Positions 18,528 to 29,001 of a DNA stretch of 59,758 bases are shown here, piece after piece. The position numbers and the translations under genes were made by a program. The stretch is from NCBI GenBank assembly GCA_964545665.1, contig CAZJGF010000001.1, forward strand, positions 1 through 59,758, in the 5' to 3' direction. This DNA comes from an uncultured Dehalococcoidales bacterium (GTDB lineage Bacteria > Chloroflexota > Dehalococcoidia > GIF9 > AB-539-J10). The notes under the pieces were generated by a model. It saw only the letters and a list, made by a program, of their open reading frames with translations. It made no database searches and was not told the DNA's origin. Position 1 is the first letter of the stretch. Each line of letters begins with the position of its first letter.

Positions 18528-20291
18528 ATGGCATACGATGCAACAAAACTGAAGGATTGGCAGATTTCGGAAGCGGCTGAAGAAAACATGCCAACTCTCG
18601 ATGAGTGGCGGGGGAGACTGGGCCTGGAGAAGGACGAGATTATTCCCTACGGAAGACTATGCAGGCTGGATTTCATGAAGATTATTGAGCGTCTTAAAGA
18701 CAAGCCGGACGGCAAGTACGTCGAGGTGACTGCTATAACTCCTACGCCACTGGGCGAAGGGAAAACGACGACCACTATGGGCATCTTAGAAGGTATGGGC
18801 AAGCGGGGCAAGAATGTGGGCGGTTGTATACGTCAGCCCTCCGGTGGTCCAACTATGAATATCAAGGGGACTGCTGCTGGGGGAGGCAATGCGCTACTTA
18901 TTCCCATGACCGAATTCTCCATGGGGCTTACTGGTGACATCAACGATATCACCAATGCGCATAACCTAGCTATGGTGGCACTTACTGCGAGGATGCAGCA
19001 TGAGCGTAACTACAACGACGAAGAACTGGCCAAGCGGAGCAGGATGCGCCGCCTGAACGTTGACCCTACGCGAGTGGAGATGGGCTGGGTAATGGATTTC
19101 TGTGCTCAGAGCCTCAGGAACATCGTCGTAGGTCTCGGTGGTCGCATGGATGGCTACCCAATGCAGTCCAAATTCGGTATTAGTGTGGGCTCTGAGCTTA
19201 TGGCTATGCTATCTATAGTCAGGGATCTGGCAGATCTGCGTCAAAGAATGGACGGAATTACTGTAGCCTTCGATAGGGATGGTAATCCTGTTACTACGGG
19301 CGATCTAGAAGTGGGAGGTGCCATGACTGCTTGGATGCGCAACGCCATCAACCCCACACTGATGTGCACGGTGGAGTATCAACCTTGCATGGTGCATGCT
19401 GGTCCCTTTGCCAACATCGCCGTGGGGCAATCCTCCATCATCGGCGACCGCATCGGGCTGAAGATGTTTGATTACCATGTAACTGAGAGCGGCTTCGCCG
19501 CAGATATCGGGTTTGAGAAATTCTGGAATGTCAAGTGTCGCTACAGCGGGCTAAAGCCCCATGTGTCGGTACTTACCACTACTATCAGGGCGCTGAAAAT
19601 GCACGGTGGCGGGTCCAAGGTGGTGGCGGGGCTGCCCTTGCCCGAGGCTTACACCAAAGAGGATATGGGGCTCTTGGAGAAAGGCATTCCCAATATGCTG
19701 CACCACATCAACACGATCAGGACATCGGGCATCAACCCCGTGGTGTGTATCAACTCCTTCCACACTGACACTAAGGAGGAGATTGCCGTGGTGCGCAAGG
19801 CAGCCGAGGCGGCTGGGGCACGTTGTGCGTTCAGCGAGCACTGGCTCAAGGGTGGCGATGGTGCCCTGGAACTGGCAGACGCCGTAATGGAAGCCTGTGA
19901 AGAGAAGAACGATTTCAAATTCCTTTACCCTATGGAAATGAAGCTGCGAGAGCGGGTCGATAAGATCGCCAAGGTGGTCTACGGAGCCGATGGCGTATCC
20001 TGGACTTCTGATGCTGAGGCCAAGGCCAAGATGGTTGAAAGCGACTCAAAATATGATGAATACGCTACCATGATGGTGAAGACCCACCTGAGCTTGACGC
20101 ACGACCCCGCCATTAAGGGTACGCCTAAGGGATGGAGCTTGCCCATTCGCGACGTCTTGATCTACTCCGGGGCGAAATTCCTCTGTCCCTGCGCTGGCGC
20201 CATCAGCCTTATGCCGGGGACAAGCTCTGACCCGGCTTTCAGGAGAGTGGACATAGATACTAAGAGTGGTAAGGTGCAGGGGCTATTCTAG
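18528..20291 (+). CDS. fhs: Formate--tetrahydrofolate ligase
   Basis: Classic Fhs blocks ([28 protein letters not shown]-like regions, C-terminal MPGL-type tail). ATG 18528 after AAGGAAGGAG is preferred to the TTG at 18480, which overlaps cooC. Confidence 0.95.
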   Translation: MAYDATKLKDWQISEAAEENMPTLDEWRGRLGLEKDEIIPYGRLCRLDFMKIIERLKDKPDGKYVEVTAITPTPLGEGKTTTTMGILEGMGKRGKNVGGCIRQPSGGPTMNIKGTAAGGGNALLIPMTEFSMGLTGDINDITNAHNLAMVALTARMQHERNYNDEELAKRSRMRRLNVDPTRVEMGWVMDFCAQSLRNIVVGLGGRMDGYPMQSKFGISVGSELMAMLSIVRDLADLRQRMDGITVAFDRDGNPVTTGDLEVGGAMTAWMRNAINPTLMCTVEYQPCMVHAGPFANIAVGQSSIIGDRIGLKMFDYHVTESGFAADIGFEKFWNVKCRYSGLKPHVSVLTTTIRALKMHGGGSKVVAGLPLPEAYTKEDMGLLEKGIPNMLHHINTIRTSGINPVVCINSFHTDTKEEIAVVRKAAEAAGARCAFSEHWLKGGDGALELADAVMEACEEKNDFKFLYPMEMKLRERVDKIAKVVYGADGVSWTSDAEAKAKMVESDSKYDEYATMMVKTHLSLTHDPAIKGTPKGWSLPIRDVLIYSGAKFLCPCAGAISLMPGTSSDPAFRRVDIDTKSGKVQGLF

Positions 20292-20341
20292 GGGCGACGG
20301 GCTTATCTTGGGAAAATAGACTCAGCGCTGCATTTGTTGGT

Positions 20342-21001
20342 TTGTTGGTAAAAGCCAAGAATATTTGCTTGACTATTGATGGTAAACAGGTGGCAGCTGT
20401 CGAAGGTGACAGAGTGTTATGGGCAGCTTTGGATAATGACATCTACATCCCGAATCTCTGTGCCATCCGGGAGGCATCAGAGCCTTTTGCTTCCTGTCGT
20501 CTTTGCTTTGTGGAAATAGAAGGTGAGGATAGGCCTGTTACAGCCTGCACTACGCCTGTGGCCGAAGGCATGGTGGTTAATACCAAAGGGGCAAAGGCCT
20601 TAAAGCTAACTCGCACTGGTTTCGAGTTGCTCTTAGCCAATTTGCCTCTAGACTGTGCCCATTGCCCCAAAAGCGGTTCTTGTGAAATTCAAAAGATCGC
20701 CAAGCATTTAAGGGTAAAGCTCACCTCAAAGAGGTTCAGGAAGACACTGCGTGAGCTACCCATAGATTCTAGCAGCCCTGTATTTATCTATGATCCTAAC
20801 AAGTGTGTGCTCTGCGGCAAGTGTGTTTGGATATGCCAGGAAAAGTTAGGCATAGGAGCTATTGGATTCGCCCACCGTGGATTCCAGCGAATTGTTACCA
20901 CTTTTGCCGATGAGCCTATTGGCGAATCCCGGTGCCAAGGCTGTGGAGAGTGTGTTAAGGTTTGTCCTGTTGGTGCTTTAGTATTTAAAGGCGGAAATTG
21001 A
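20342..21001 (+). CDS. Stand-alone FeS protein equivalent to the N-terminal domain of NuoG/HydA/FdhA ([2Fe-2S] plus [4Fe-4S] clusters)
   Basis: 219 aa, collinear with residues 1-210 of the FdhA at 37019: IDGK..., IPNLC...CRLC [2Fe-2S], CAHCPKSGSCE, CVLCGKCVWIC, CQGCGECVKVCPVGAL. No catalytic domain follows. The start codon is uncertain (TTG, no clear SD). Confidence 0.75.
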   Translation: MLVKAKNICLTIDGKQVAAVEGDRVLWAALDNDIYIPNLCAIREASEPFASCRLCFVEIEGEDRPVTACTTPVAEGMVVNTKGAKALKLTRTGFELLLANLPLDCAHCPKSGSCEIQKIAKHLRVKLTSKRFRKTLRELPIDSSSPVFIYDPNKCVLCGKCVWICQEKLGIGAIGFAHRGFQRIVTTFADEPIGESRCQGCGECVKVCPVGALVFKGGN

Positions 21002-21060
21002 CACATGGGTTCTTATGTGTTATACGAAGCTGATTTAATATATACTAAGAGGGGTGCTAC

Positions 21061-21945
21061 ATGATTATTATAGGCGAGAACATACATGTTATAGCCAGAG
21101 CAGTTTCCACGGCGATAAAGGAGAGGGATGCCAAGCCAATTCAGGATTTGGCTAAGGCTCAAGCCGAGGCCGCGGTGGATTACATAGACGTGAATGTTGG
21201 TTACTTAAGAAAAGATACCGAGGAAACCATGACATGGATAGTCAACACAATTCAAGAGGTTACTGATTTGCCTTTATCCATAGATACTATGAATCCTGCA
21301 GCCATGGAAGTAGGTCTTAAGCTTTGCAAGAAAAAACCCTTGCTTAATTCCGCTTCAGGAAAGACCGACTCTAAAGAGCAGATGCTCCCGTTAGCAAAGA
21401 AATATAACTGTGATGTAGTTATTTCGGTGATTAACGATAAAGGTATGCCTGCTGAAGGTGATTCAAAGTTGGACAGCATCATGGATACAGTGGCTTACGC
21501 TAACGATCTTGGAATTCCCAATGAGGATATTTGGGGTGACCCCATAGCCCTCCCCGTAAGCACTGCTGGTGAGGGACAGAAGAATGCCTTGGCAACTTAT
21601 GAATTCATAGAGATGCTTCCTGAAGCTTTGCCCGGGCTTAAATCAACGGTAGGGCTTTCGAATATATCTAACGGGGCACCTGAAGAACTTAGGCCTCTGC
21701 TTAACCATGTTTACTTGATAATGTTGGCTAGGAAAGGACTCTATTCATCAATTCACGATGCCTTGGATAAGGATATTATGGGCATATCCAAGGGCGGGAA
21801 GGAGAATCTAGTTGACCTCGTCTACAGAACGTGGGATGGGGAGGACATAGACTTTTCTTCCCTATCCCAGGAGCAAATAGACTACGTCAAGACGACCAAG
21901 GTCCTCACAGGTGAAGTCCTCTATTCGGATGCCTGGCTTGAGTAA
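21061..21945 (+). CDS. acsE: Methyl-THF:corrinoid/iron-sulfur protein methyltransferase
   Basis: Pterin-binding TIM-barrel protein that starts MIIIGENIH and has GLSNISNG near the C-terminal half. It sits directly upstream of the CFeSP small subunit. Confidence 0.85.
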   Translation: MIIIGENIHVIARAVSTAIKERDAKPIQDLAKAQAEAAVDYIDVNVGYLRKDTEETMTWIVNTIQEVTDLPLSIDTMNPAAMEVGLKLCKKKPLLNSASGKTDSKEQMLPLAKKYNCDVVISVINDKGMPAEGDSKLDSIMDTVAYANDLGIPNEDIWGDPIALPVSTAGEGQKNALATYEFIEMLPEALPGLKSTVGLSNISNGAPEELRPLLNHVYLIMLARKGLYSSIHDALDKDIMGISKGGKENLVDLVYRTWDGEDIDFSSLSQEQIDYVKTTKVLTGEVLYSDAWLE

Positions 21946-21957
21946 GGAGGTTTGATA

Positions 21958-22875
21958 ATGGAGTATAAAGCACCAGTTGAAGCATACACTGGAGTAGTTA
22001 GGGAGGAAACTATTGGGACGGGGGAGAAAGCCCTAAAGCTTGGAGGGGAAAACATGCTTCCTTTACATTTCTTTGATGAAGGTTCATTCCCTAATGCGCC
22101 AAGCTTCGCCTTGGAGATATTGGATATGGAGCCTACAGATTGGCCAGAACACTTAGTTGAGACCTTTAAAGATGTGGTATCCGATCCAGTGAAGTGGGCC
22201 AGGAAATGTGAGGAATTTGGTGCGGATGCGGTCAGCATTTTTCTCTTAAGCACTGATCCAGCAGAGAAGGACAGCCCTGCGGATGAAGCGGCAGCACTGG
22301 TAAAAGAAGTGGCTGAGTCAATAAGCATCCCTGTGCTGGTGTACGGCTCTGGGGATGATAAGAAGGATGCTGAGGTTCTCCCCAAGGTTGCTGAGGTGTG
22401 CGACGGGATGAATCTCCTTCTAGGTCCGGTGCTTAAGGAAAACTACGAAGTTGTCGGGAGGGCAATTCTAGAGCATGGACATAAAGCCTGGGCTGAGAGT
22501 CCTTTGGATATCAATTTGCTTAAGGAGTTGAATGTAAAACTGTGTCATTTCCTGCCTCCAGAGAGAATTGTAATCGATCCAGAATCCACAGCGCTGGGCT
22601 ATGGCTTTGAATATGGCTTCACTCTAATGGAAAGGGTGAAGCAGCTTGGTGTAATTATTAAGGATAGCATGACCCAGATGCCCATGATAGCGAATTTAGG
22701 AAGGGAAGTCTGGAAGACAAAGCAAGCCAAGGAGAGCGCAAAGCAAGGCTTGCTGTTTGAGGCAATGACGGCCTTAGGACTTCTTTTAGCCGGGGCAAAT
22801 ATCCTTGTATTGAGGCATCCGGAAAGCATAAAGCTAGTGAAAGAAACTGTTGGAGGCAAAGCATGGCAGAAGTAA
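21958..22875 (+). CDS. cdhD: Corrinoid/iron-sulfur protein small subunit (ACDS delta)
   Basis: About 305 aa, lying between acsE and the CODH gene, with the typical AcsD/CdhD N-terminus (YKAPVEAYTGVV.E..IG). ATG 21958 lies 8 nt after AAGGAGG. Confidence 0.85.
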   Translation: MEYKAPVEAYTGVVREETIGTGEKALKLGGENMLPLHFFDEGSFPNAPSFALEILDMEPTDWPEHLVETFKDVVSDPVKWARKCEEFGADAVSIFLLSTDPAEKDSPADEAAALVKEVAESISIPVLVYGSGDDKKDAEVLPKVAEVCDGMNLLLGPVLKENYEVVGRAILEHGHKAWAESPLDINLLKELNVKLCHFLPPERIVIDPESTALGYGFEYGFTLMERVKQLGVIIKDSMTQMPMIANLGREVWKTKQAKESAKQGLLFEAMTALGLLLAGANILVLRHPESIKLVKETVGGKAWQK

Positions 22876-25181
22876 AAGAACTAGTAAAACAACTAACCAG
22901 GAAGGAACAGGAAATTCGGGAACTGATAAAAGCGGACATCCCCTGGGAGCCAGTAGGGCCTACTCCCATGCCTGAAATCCCGGATCTCAGATCATGGGAT
23001 ATGCGGCTTCTCAAAACGTATGCGCCTTGGTATGCTCCCTTCTGTGATTTGTGCTGTCTCTGCACCTATGGCAAGTGCGATCTCAGTCAGGGGAGAAGAG
23101 GGGCTTGTGGTCTTGATATAGCCACTCAACAAGGGAGGATAATTCTCCTTGCTTGCTTGATGGGGTGCTCTGCTCATGCGGCTCATGCCGGGCACATCCT
23201 GGAATTCCTGATAGAAAAGCACGGCCCGGATAAGAAGATAGACTTGGGCCCATTTGTTGATCTGGAGGCACCAAACATAAGGACGGTTACGGGACTAAAG
23301 CCTGAGACTTTAGGCGACCTTAAGATAGCTATAGAGTATGTCTACAGGGAAATCGCCCATCTTCTTGATTCCACCCATACCGGGCAGGAGGGAGCTGCTC
23401 TGGATTACGAGTCCAAAGCCTTGCATGCCAGCATGCTGGATCACGTAGGCATGGAGGTGGCTGATATCGCTCAGATTGTGGGATTCGATTTCCCCACTTC
23501 GGTTGCTGATACCCCTTTGGTGGATATGGGGTGGAACTCAATTGACAAATCGAAGCCGGTGATCTTGCTAGTTGGGCATAACCCAGCTACTTCATGCACT
23601 CTCATTGATTACCTGCGGGAAAATGACCTTTATGACAAAGTTGAGGTAGCTGGCATCTGTTGCACTGCCCTGGAGACAACAAGATATTCTGATAGAGCAA
23701 AAATTGTAGGCCCTCTTTCGCGGCAACTTTTCTTTGTCCGGACGGGGATTGCCGATGTCATCATGACCGATGAGCAGTGTATCAGGACTGATATGCCCAT
23801 AGAGGCAGACAAGGTTGACTCACGAGTTATCGCCTGTTTGGACAAGGCCATGTATGGACTTGAGGAAGCCAGCGACAGGGAAGTAGATGGACTGGTAAAA
23901 GAAATGGTGGAGGATAAGAAGCATTTCGCCATTCTAGACCCTAAAAAGGCGGCGGAGGTAGCAGCGAAAGTTGCAATGGAGATTGCGCCTCAGAGGAGGA
24001 AGGAATGGATAGCAGAAGAAGAGGCCATAGAGCTAGCTAAGAAATGCACCAATTGCGGTATGTGTGAGAGAGTATGTCCCAATCTTTTCTCTATCGGCGA
24101 TGGTATAACTGAGCTTGCCAAGGGTAATCTTGACCTGATAAGGCAGCAGTTCAATCTGTGTATTGGCTGTGGTAAATGTGAGCAAGAGTGCCCGAACGAT
24201 GTTCCCATCTTTAAGATAATGCAGATAGCAGCGAGCAAGGAGACCTGGAAGATAAGGGCTGGGCGCGGTGCTGTAATGGATACCGAGATAAGGAATGTGG
24301 GAGCACCCATAACTTTGGGCACGATCCCTGGTGTCCTCGCTTTCGTTGGCTGCTCTAACTATCCCGATATAGACGACGTTGCCGACATGGTATATGAGTT
24401 TGCCAAGAGGAAATATATCGTGGTTCTCACCGGTTGTGCTGCTATGGTGGCTGGGATGAAGAAATTTGAGGATGGCAAGACCGTATATGAACTGTTTCCC
24501 CCTGATTTTGATGCCGGCGGGGTAGTGAATGTTGGCTCCTGTGTTTCCAATGCCCATATTACTGGGGCAGCAATAAAGATAGCTAACATCTTCGCTGCTC
24601 TCCCGTTAAGAGCAAACTACGAAGTGATGGCCGATTACGTTCTTAATAGAGTAGGTGCTTGCGGAATAGCCTGGGGAGCGATGTCCCAGAAGGCAGCTTC
24701 CATTGGCACAGGGTGCAACAGGCTAGGTATCCCGGTGGTCCTGGGCCCTCACTCCTCCAAATATAGAAGGCTGTATCTCTCAAGAAATGAGGAGGATGAC
24801 TGGAGAGTAATGGATGCCAGGAAGAGGGAAATTGTCGATAGCGGGGAGCCTTCCCCTGAGCACTTAGCTTATGCGGCAGAGACAAAAGAAAAAGCCATGG
24901 TGATGATCCCCAAACTTTGCATAAGGAAGAACGATACCCCTCAAGGAAGGTCGATAAAGCTTAATCACTATGTCTCTCTATATAAGAAGTATATGGGAGG
25001 TGGGCTTCCTGAGGACCTTCACCTCTTTGTCAGAAGGGATGCTGACATCCCACTAGTGTACAAGAAGGAAGTAAGAGCATACTTGCAGCAAATTGGCTGG
25101 CAGCCTAAGGAACCTGTGGGATTGCCTACCTTGATTGGAACTTATCCCAGCAAGGTTCCTTTGGATGCCGTGATACATTAG
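22863..25181 (+). CDS. cdhA: CODH catalytic subunit, archaeal ACDS-alpha type
   Basis: 772 aa with an internal 2x[4Fe-4S] ferredoxin insert (CTNCGMCERVCPN ... CIGCGKCEQECPN). That insert distinguishes CdhA from the shorter bacterial AcsA/CooS. A CdhB-like gene follows. The start overlaps the cdhD stop. Confidence 0.9.
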   Translation: MAEVKELVKQLTRKEQEIRELIKADIPWEPVGPTPMPEIPDLRSWDMRLLKTYAPWYAPFCDLCCLCTYGKCDLSQGRRGACGLDIATQQGRIILLACLMGCSAHAAHAGHILEFLIEKHGPDKKIDLGPFVDLEAPNIRTVTGLKPETLGDLKIAIEYVYREIAHLLDSTHTGQEGAALDYESKALHASMLDHVGMEVADIAQIVGFDFPTSVADTPLVDMGWNSIDKSKPVILLVGHNPATSCTLIDYLRENDLYDKVEVAGICCTALETTRYSDRAKIVGPLSRQLFFVRTGIADVIMTDEQCIRTDMPIEADKVDSRVIACLDKAMYGLEEASDREVDGLVKEMVEDKKHFAILDPKKAAEVAAKVAMEIAPQRRKEWIAEEEAIELAKKCTNCGMCERVCPNLFSIGDGITELAKGNLDLIRQQFNLCIGCGKCEQECPNDVPIFKIMQIAASKETWKIRAGRGAVMDTEIRNVGAPITLGTIPGVLAFVGCSNYPDIDDVADMVYEFAKRKYIVVLTGCAAMVAGMKKFEDGKTVYELFPPDFDAGGVVNVGSCVSNAHITGAAIKIANIFAALPLRANYEVMADYVLNRVGACGIAWGAMSQKAASIGTGCNRLGIPVVLGPHSSKYRRLYLSRNEEDDWRVMDARKREIVDSGEPSPEHLAYAAETKEKAMVMIPKLCIRKNDTPQGRSIKLNHYVSLYKKYMGGGLPEDLHLFVRRDADIPLVYKKEVRAYLQQIGWQPKEPVGLPTLIGTYPSKVPLDAVIH

Positions 25182-25195
25182 AAAAGGAGGGGAAA

Positions 25196-25750
25196 ATGAG
25201 TGCAGTAATACCGCTTCATCGAGTCAATGTTCTAACCGGAATAAAGTCAGCCAGGGTGATAGAGGACGCCGCACAGTATGCCAACTTGCTCGAAAAAGCA
25301 AAAAGGCCTCTACTGGTGCTTGGTCCTCTGCTATCCGAATGGTCACTTGACGGCAAGCTGGCGATCGAATATGCCGAGGAGATAGCCAAAGCTGCCAATA
25401 TCCCTATATGTGCTACGGCTCACGTTAAGGGCAAGATGGTGGAATTGGGGATGAAGCCTGACAGCGTTTATGACGCTGTAGAGATAGTAAACCACCTAAA
25501 AGATCCTGAATGGCAAGGGGTTAGGAAAGAAGGAAACCACGACCTAGTTATCTTCTTTGGCATAAGGAGCGACCTTGAAGAACAATGCCTTTCTGTCCTT
25601 AAACATTTTGCCTTTAAGCACTTAATAACCATGACCTTGGATAAATATTACTTCCCCAATGCGAATTATTCCCTTCCCAATTTCAAGAGGGAAAAGCAAT
25701 GGAAGGCATTCTTAGAAAGCCTAATAGACAGCTTGAAGAAAGGAGATTAA
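25196..25750 (+). CDS. cdhB: ACDS epsilon subunit
   Basis: 184 aa directly after cdhA. It is collinear with CdhB as I remember it (KAKRPLL, KAANIPI.AT, L.DPEW.G....GN.DLVI..G). Confidence 0.8.
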   Translation: MSAVIPLHRVNVLTGIKSARVIEDAAQYANLLEKAKRPLLVLGPLLSEWSLDGKLAIEYAEEIAKAANIPICATAHVKGKMVELGMKPDSVYDAVEIVNHLKDPEWQGVRKEGNHDLVIFFGIRSDLEEQCLSVLKHFAFKHLITMTLDKYYFPNANYSLPNFKREKQWKAFLESLIDSLKKGD

Positions 25751-25753
25751 GGT

Positions 25754-27004
25754 ATGGCACCAGAGTTTCATACAGACTTAGGACCTCAATATGAAGGTGA
25801 GGTAATAAGGAAAGAAGACCTTTACATGGAGTTTGGAGGGCCGAAGGTAGCTCATAAGTTCGAATTGGTAACCTTGAAGCGACCCGAGGAAATTGAGAAT
25901 GAGAAGGTGGAGCTTATCGGACCGGATATAACTGAACTGCAGCCTTATGATGACGCAACTGGCGAAGGTGGGAGCTACCCTATAGCTGTCCTGGTCGAGG
26001 TTGCCGGAGCAGAGTTAGACAAGGATGCCGAGGCAATCATCGAAAGGAAGATCCATATGTATACGAACTATACTCAGGGTTGGTATCACATGAATCAGCG
26101 TCAGGATGCCTGGTATAGGATGAACAAAGAGGCTGCAAAGAAAGGGTTCAACTCTTTAAGAGAGTTAGGGGAAATTTTCAATTTGCTTTTCACCTCGGAG
26201 ATGCCCATTATTGAAGCAATACAAACTACTATTATTACTGACGATGAGAGAATAGCGAAACTCTTGCCAGACGCATTAGCTACTTATAAGGCAAGGGACG
26301 ACAGGGCGCTAAGCCTTAGGGATGAGGATGTAGATACATTTTATGGCTGTGTCCTTTGCCAGAGCTTCGCTCCCACCCACGTCTCCATCATAACCCCCGA
26401 TAGAATCGCCAATTGTGGAGCTATAAATTGGTTTGATGGCAGGGCCGCAGCCAAGATTGACCCTGAGGGACCTATATTCGCCATACCTAAGGGGGAGCTT
26501 ATAGACCACGTAAAGGGTGAATATGATGGAGCGAACAAAGTCGAATATGAGAGGTCTATGGGGACTTACGATCGGGTTTATCTCTACAGCGCCTTCGAGC
26601 ATCCCCACACCTCCTGTGGCTGTTTTGAAGCCATTGTTTTCTATATCCCTGAGGCGGACGGATTCGGACTGGTGCACAGAGATTTTAAGGGCCCAACTGT
26701 GATTGGGGAAACCTTCTCCCACATGGCCGGTGACACCTCCGGGGGCAGGCAGGTAGAAGGTCGCTTGGGAACCGGCTTGGAGCAGCTACGCTCCCCGAAG
26801 TTCATTCAGGCAGACGGAGGGCGAAAAAGGATGGTATGGATGCCCAGGGAGATACTGGACAGATATAAGGAAGCTTTTGAAGCTGAGGGGCTATATGACA
26901 AGATACCCACAGAGAACGAGGTTAAAACCGTTGATGAGTTAATGCCATGGTTAGAAGAGCATCAGCACCCTTGGATAATGGGGGAGGTTGAGCTTCCCGA
27001 GTGA
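25754..27004 (+). CDS. cdhC: Acetyl-CoA synthase catalytic subunit, short (archaeal CdhC-like) form
   Basis: A-cluster ligand blocks CVLCQSFAPTH and HTSCGCFEA (Cys-Gly-Cys). At 416 aa it lacks the N-terminal domain of bacterial AcsB. Confidence 0.9.
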   Translation: MAPEFHTDLGPQYEGEVIRKEDLYMEFGGPKVAHKFELVTLKRPEEIENEKVELIGPDITELQPYDDATGEGGSYPIAVLVEVAGAELDKDAEAIIERKIHMYTNYTQGWYHMNQRQDAWYRMNKEAAKKGFNSLRELGEIFNLLFTSEMPIIEAIQTTIITDDERIAKLLPDALATYKARDDRALSLRDEDVDTFYGCVLCQSFAPTHVSIITPDRIANCGAINWFDGRAAAKIDPEGPIFAIPKGELIDHVKGEYDGANKVEYERSMGTYDRVYLYSAFEHPHTSCGCFEAIVFYIPEADGFGLVHRDFKGPTVIGETFSHMAGDTSGGRQVEGRLGTGLEQLRSPKFIQADGGRKRMVWMPREILDRYKEAFEAEGLYDKIPTENEVKTVDELMPWLEEHQHPWIMGEVELPE

Positions 27005-27107
27005 GACCGTTTGAGCAAAGCGAAGGAATCCCTGAGCTGTAAATAAGAGAGAAAGGTAGCCCTCGTCCATGCTATGCTTTGTCCTGGCGAGGGGCAGGAG
27101 GTTTGTT

Positions 27108-28472
27108 ATGCCGGTATCAGGCTCTGAGTTAGTAAAGTTACTGCCAAAAAGGAAGCCATGTAGGGACTGCGGCTTTCCCACTTGCTTCGCCTTTGCCATG
27201 AAGCTGGCTTCAGGCGGAGCTAGTGTAGATAAGTGCCCTTATCTGGATGAGGAAACAAAAGCCAGGATAACAGATCTTCTCGCTCCGCCCATAAGGCTCG
27301 TAACCATTGGCTCGGGGGAAAATAAGCTAGAGATGGGAAATGAGGAGGTAGTATACAGACATGAGAAGACTTACTACCATCCACCGGGAATCGGTCTACT
27401 TATCTCCGATAAGGAGGCTGACGACAAGATTGACGAGAAGATAAGGAAGATAAAAGAGTTGCAGTTCCCGTGGATAGGATTAATGCTAAAGGCGGATTTC
27501 TTGGCTCCCTACTTTGAATCGGGTGATAAGGACAAATTTCTAGCTTTGGTCAAGAAAGTGTACCAATCAACCGATGTGCCAATGATTTTGATCTCAGAAG
27601 ATATGGATGCCTTATTTTCTGCCAGGGATATATGTGCTGATAGAAATCCGCTTCTTTACCCCATAACCAAGGAAAACATAGAGGAGGCAATCCCAAAGAT
27701 CAAGGAGAAACCTAGCCCGATAGGAATTCGAGGAGATAGTCTAGAGTCGCTGGTGCCTTTGACTATGAAATTAAAGGATGCCGGGATTGAAGATGTTGTC
27801 CTAGACCCGGGTTCCAAGAAGCTAATGGAGGCGATAAGAGACCAGACTTTTATCAGGAGGGCAGCTATAAAGCAAGGGTTTAGGCCGCTTGGCTATCCTA
27901 CCATTGCCTTTCCCTGCTTCATAGCTAACGACGGGCTAGAGGAAGCCATGGCTGGCTCAACCTTCATAAACAAGTTCACTAGCATTATTGTATTCTCCGA
28001 TTTCGACCAGTATTCCTTGCTCCCCACCTTAATACAAAGGCTCAATATCTATACTGACCCTCGTTTCCCCATGGGGGTGGATGAGAAATATTACGAGGTA
28101 TTGGAACCTGATGAATATTCCCCCGTTCTTGTCACGTCAAACTGGGCCTTGACTTACTTCCTGGTATCATCGGCTGTCGAGGCTACTAGAATTCCTGGCT
28201 ATGTTTGCGTAAAGGATGCGGAAGGGCTTGGTGTCCTTACAGCTTGGGCAGCAGGCAAGTTTGACGGCGAATCTGTAGGAGAATTCATAAAGAAAAGTGG
28301 AATCGCAGACCGTGTGAAACACAGAACGCTAATTATCCCGGGTAAGGTAGCCAGGATTAAAGGCGCCCTTGAAGATGCTTTGAATCTTGAATGGGAGGTT
28401 GTAGTCGGTCCCAGAGAAATAACTGCGTTGGGAAAGTTCCTTCCAGACGTTGCTAAAAGTCTAAGGAAATAA
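27108..28472 (+). CDS. acsC: Corrinoid/iron-sulfur protein large subunit (ACDS gamma)
   Basis: N-terminal [4Fe-4S] motif CRDCGFPTCFAFAMKLA. ATG 27108, 6 nt after AGGAGG, is preferred to the track start at 27069. Confidence 0.85.
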   Translation: MPVSGSELVKLLPKRKPCRDCGFPTCFAFAMKLASGGASVDKCPYLDEETKARITDLLAPPIRLVTIGSGENKLEMGNEEVVYRHEKTYYHPPGIGLLISDKEADDKIDEKIRKIKELQFPWIGLMLKADFLAPYFESGDKDKFLALVKKVYQSTDVPMILISEDMDALFSARDICADRNPLLYPITKENIEEAIPKIKEKPSPIGIRGDSLESLVPLTMKLKDAGIEDVVLDPGSKKLMEAIRDQTFIRRAAIKQGFRPLGYPTIAFPCFIANDGLEEAMAGSTFINKFTSIIVFSDFDQYSLLPTLIQRLNIYTDPRFPMGVDEKYYEVLEPDEYSPVLVTSNWALTYFLVSSAVEATRIPGYVCVKDAEGLGVLTAWAAGKFDGESVGEFIKKSGIADRVKHRTLIIPGKVARIKGALEDALNLEWEVVVGPREITALGKFLPDVAKSLRK

Positions 28473-28475
28473 GAG

Positions 28476-28988
28476 TTGATAGGGACACAGGAGAAAGAGC
28501 AATTAGCCGAGACTTTGTCCTCATACGGTAAGGAAAGGAAAAGCTTAATTCCCTTATTGGAGGAAGTTCAGGTGGACCTGGGGTATCTTCCCAAGGAAGT
28601 GATGCAAGAGATTGCTACTTTCTTGGCCATTCCTGAAGTTGAGGTCTATGGAGTCGCCACCTTCTATAACCAATTTCGCTTTGTTCCGCTGGGGAAGCAC
28701 CATGTTAGAGTTTGCATGGGAACCGCATGTCATCTAGCAGGGGGAAAACTTATCCTAGAAGCTTTAGAAAGGGAGCTTGGCATTAAGGTGGGAGAAACTA
28801 GGGAGGATGGGGAATTCAGCCTAGAGCGAGTTGCTTGCGTTGGTTGCTGCATGCTGGCTCCGGTAATGATAGTAGGGGATGGAATTCATCCTAGGATGAC
28901 GCCTTTCAAGGCAGAGGAAGCCTTAATACCCTACAGGCAAAAATCCGATGGGGCAAGCTCAAGTGAAGAGCAAGCTGGGGCACAGTAG
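28476..28988 (+). CDS. nuoE: NuoE/HydC-like [2Fe-2S] thioredoxin-fold subunit (copy 1)
   Basis: VCMGTACHLAGG ... VACVGCCMLAPV cluster motifs. 170 aa, directly upstream of a NuoF-like gene. Confidence 0.85.
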   Translation: MIGTQEKEQLAETLSSYGKERKSLIPLLEEVQVDLGYLPKEVMQEIATFLAIPEVEVYGVATFYNQFRFVPLGKHHVRVCMGTACHLAGGKLILEALERELGIKVGETREDGEFSLERVACVGCCMLAPVMIVGDGIHPRMTPFKAEEALIPYRQKSDGASSSEEQAGAQ

Positions 28989-29001
28989 GAAAGCGTAGTG
29001 A

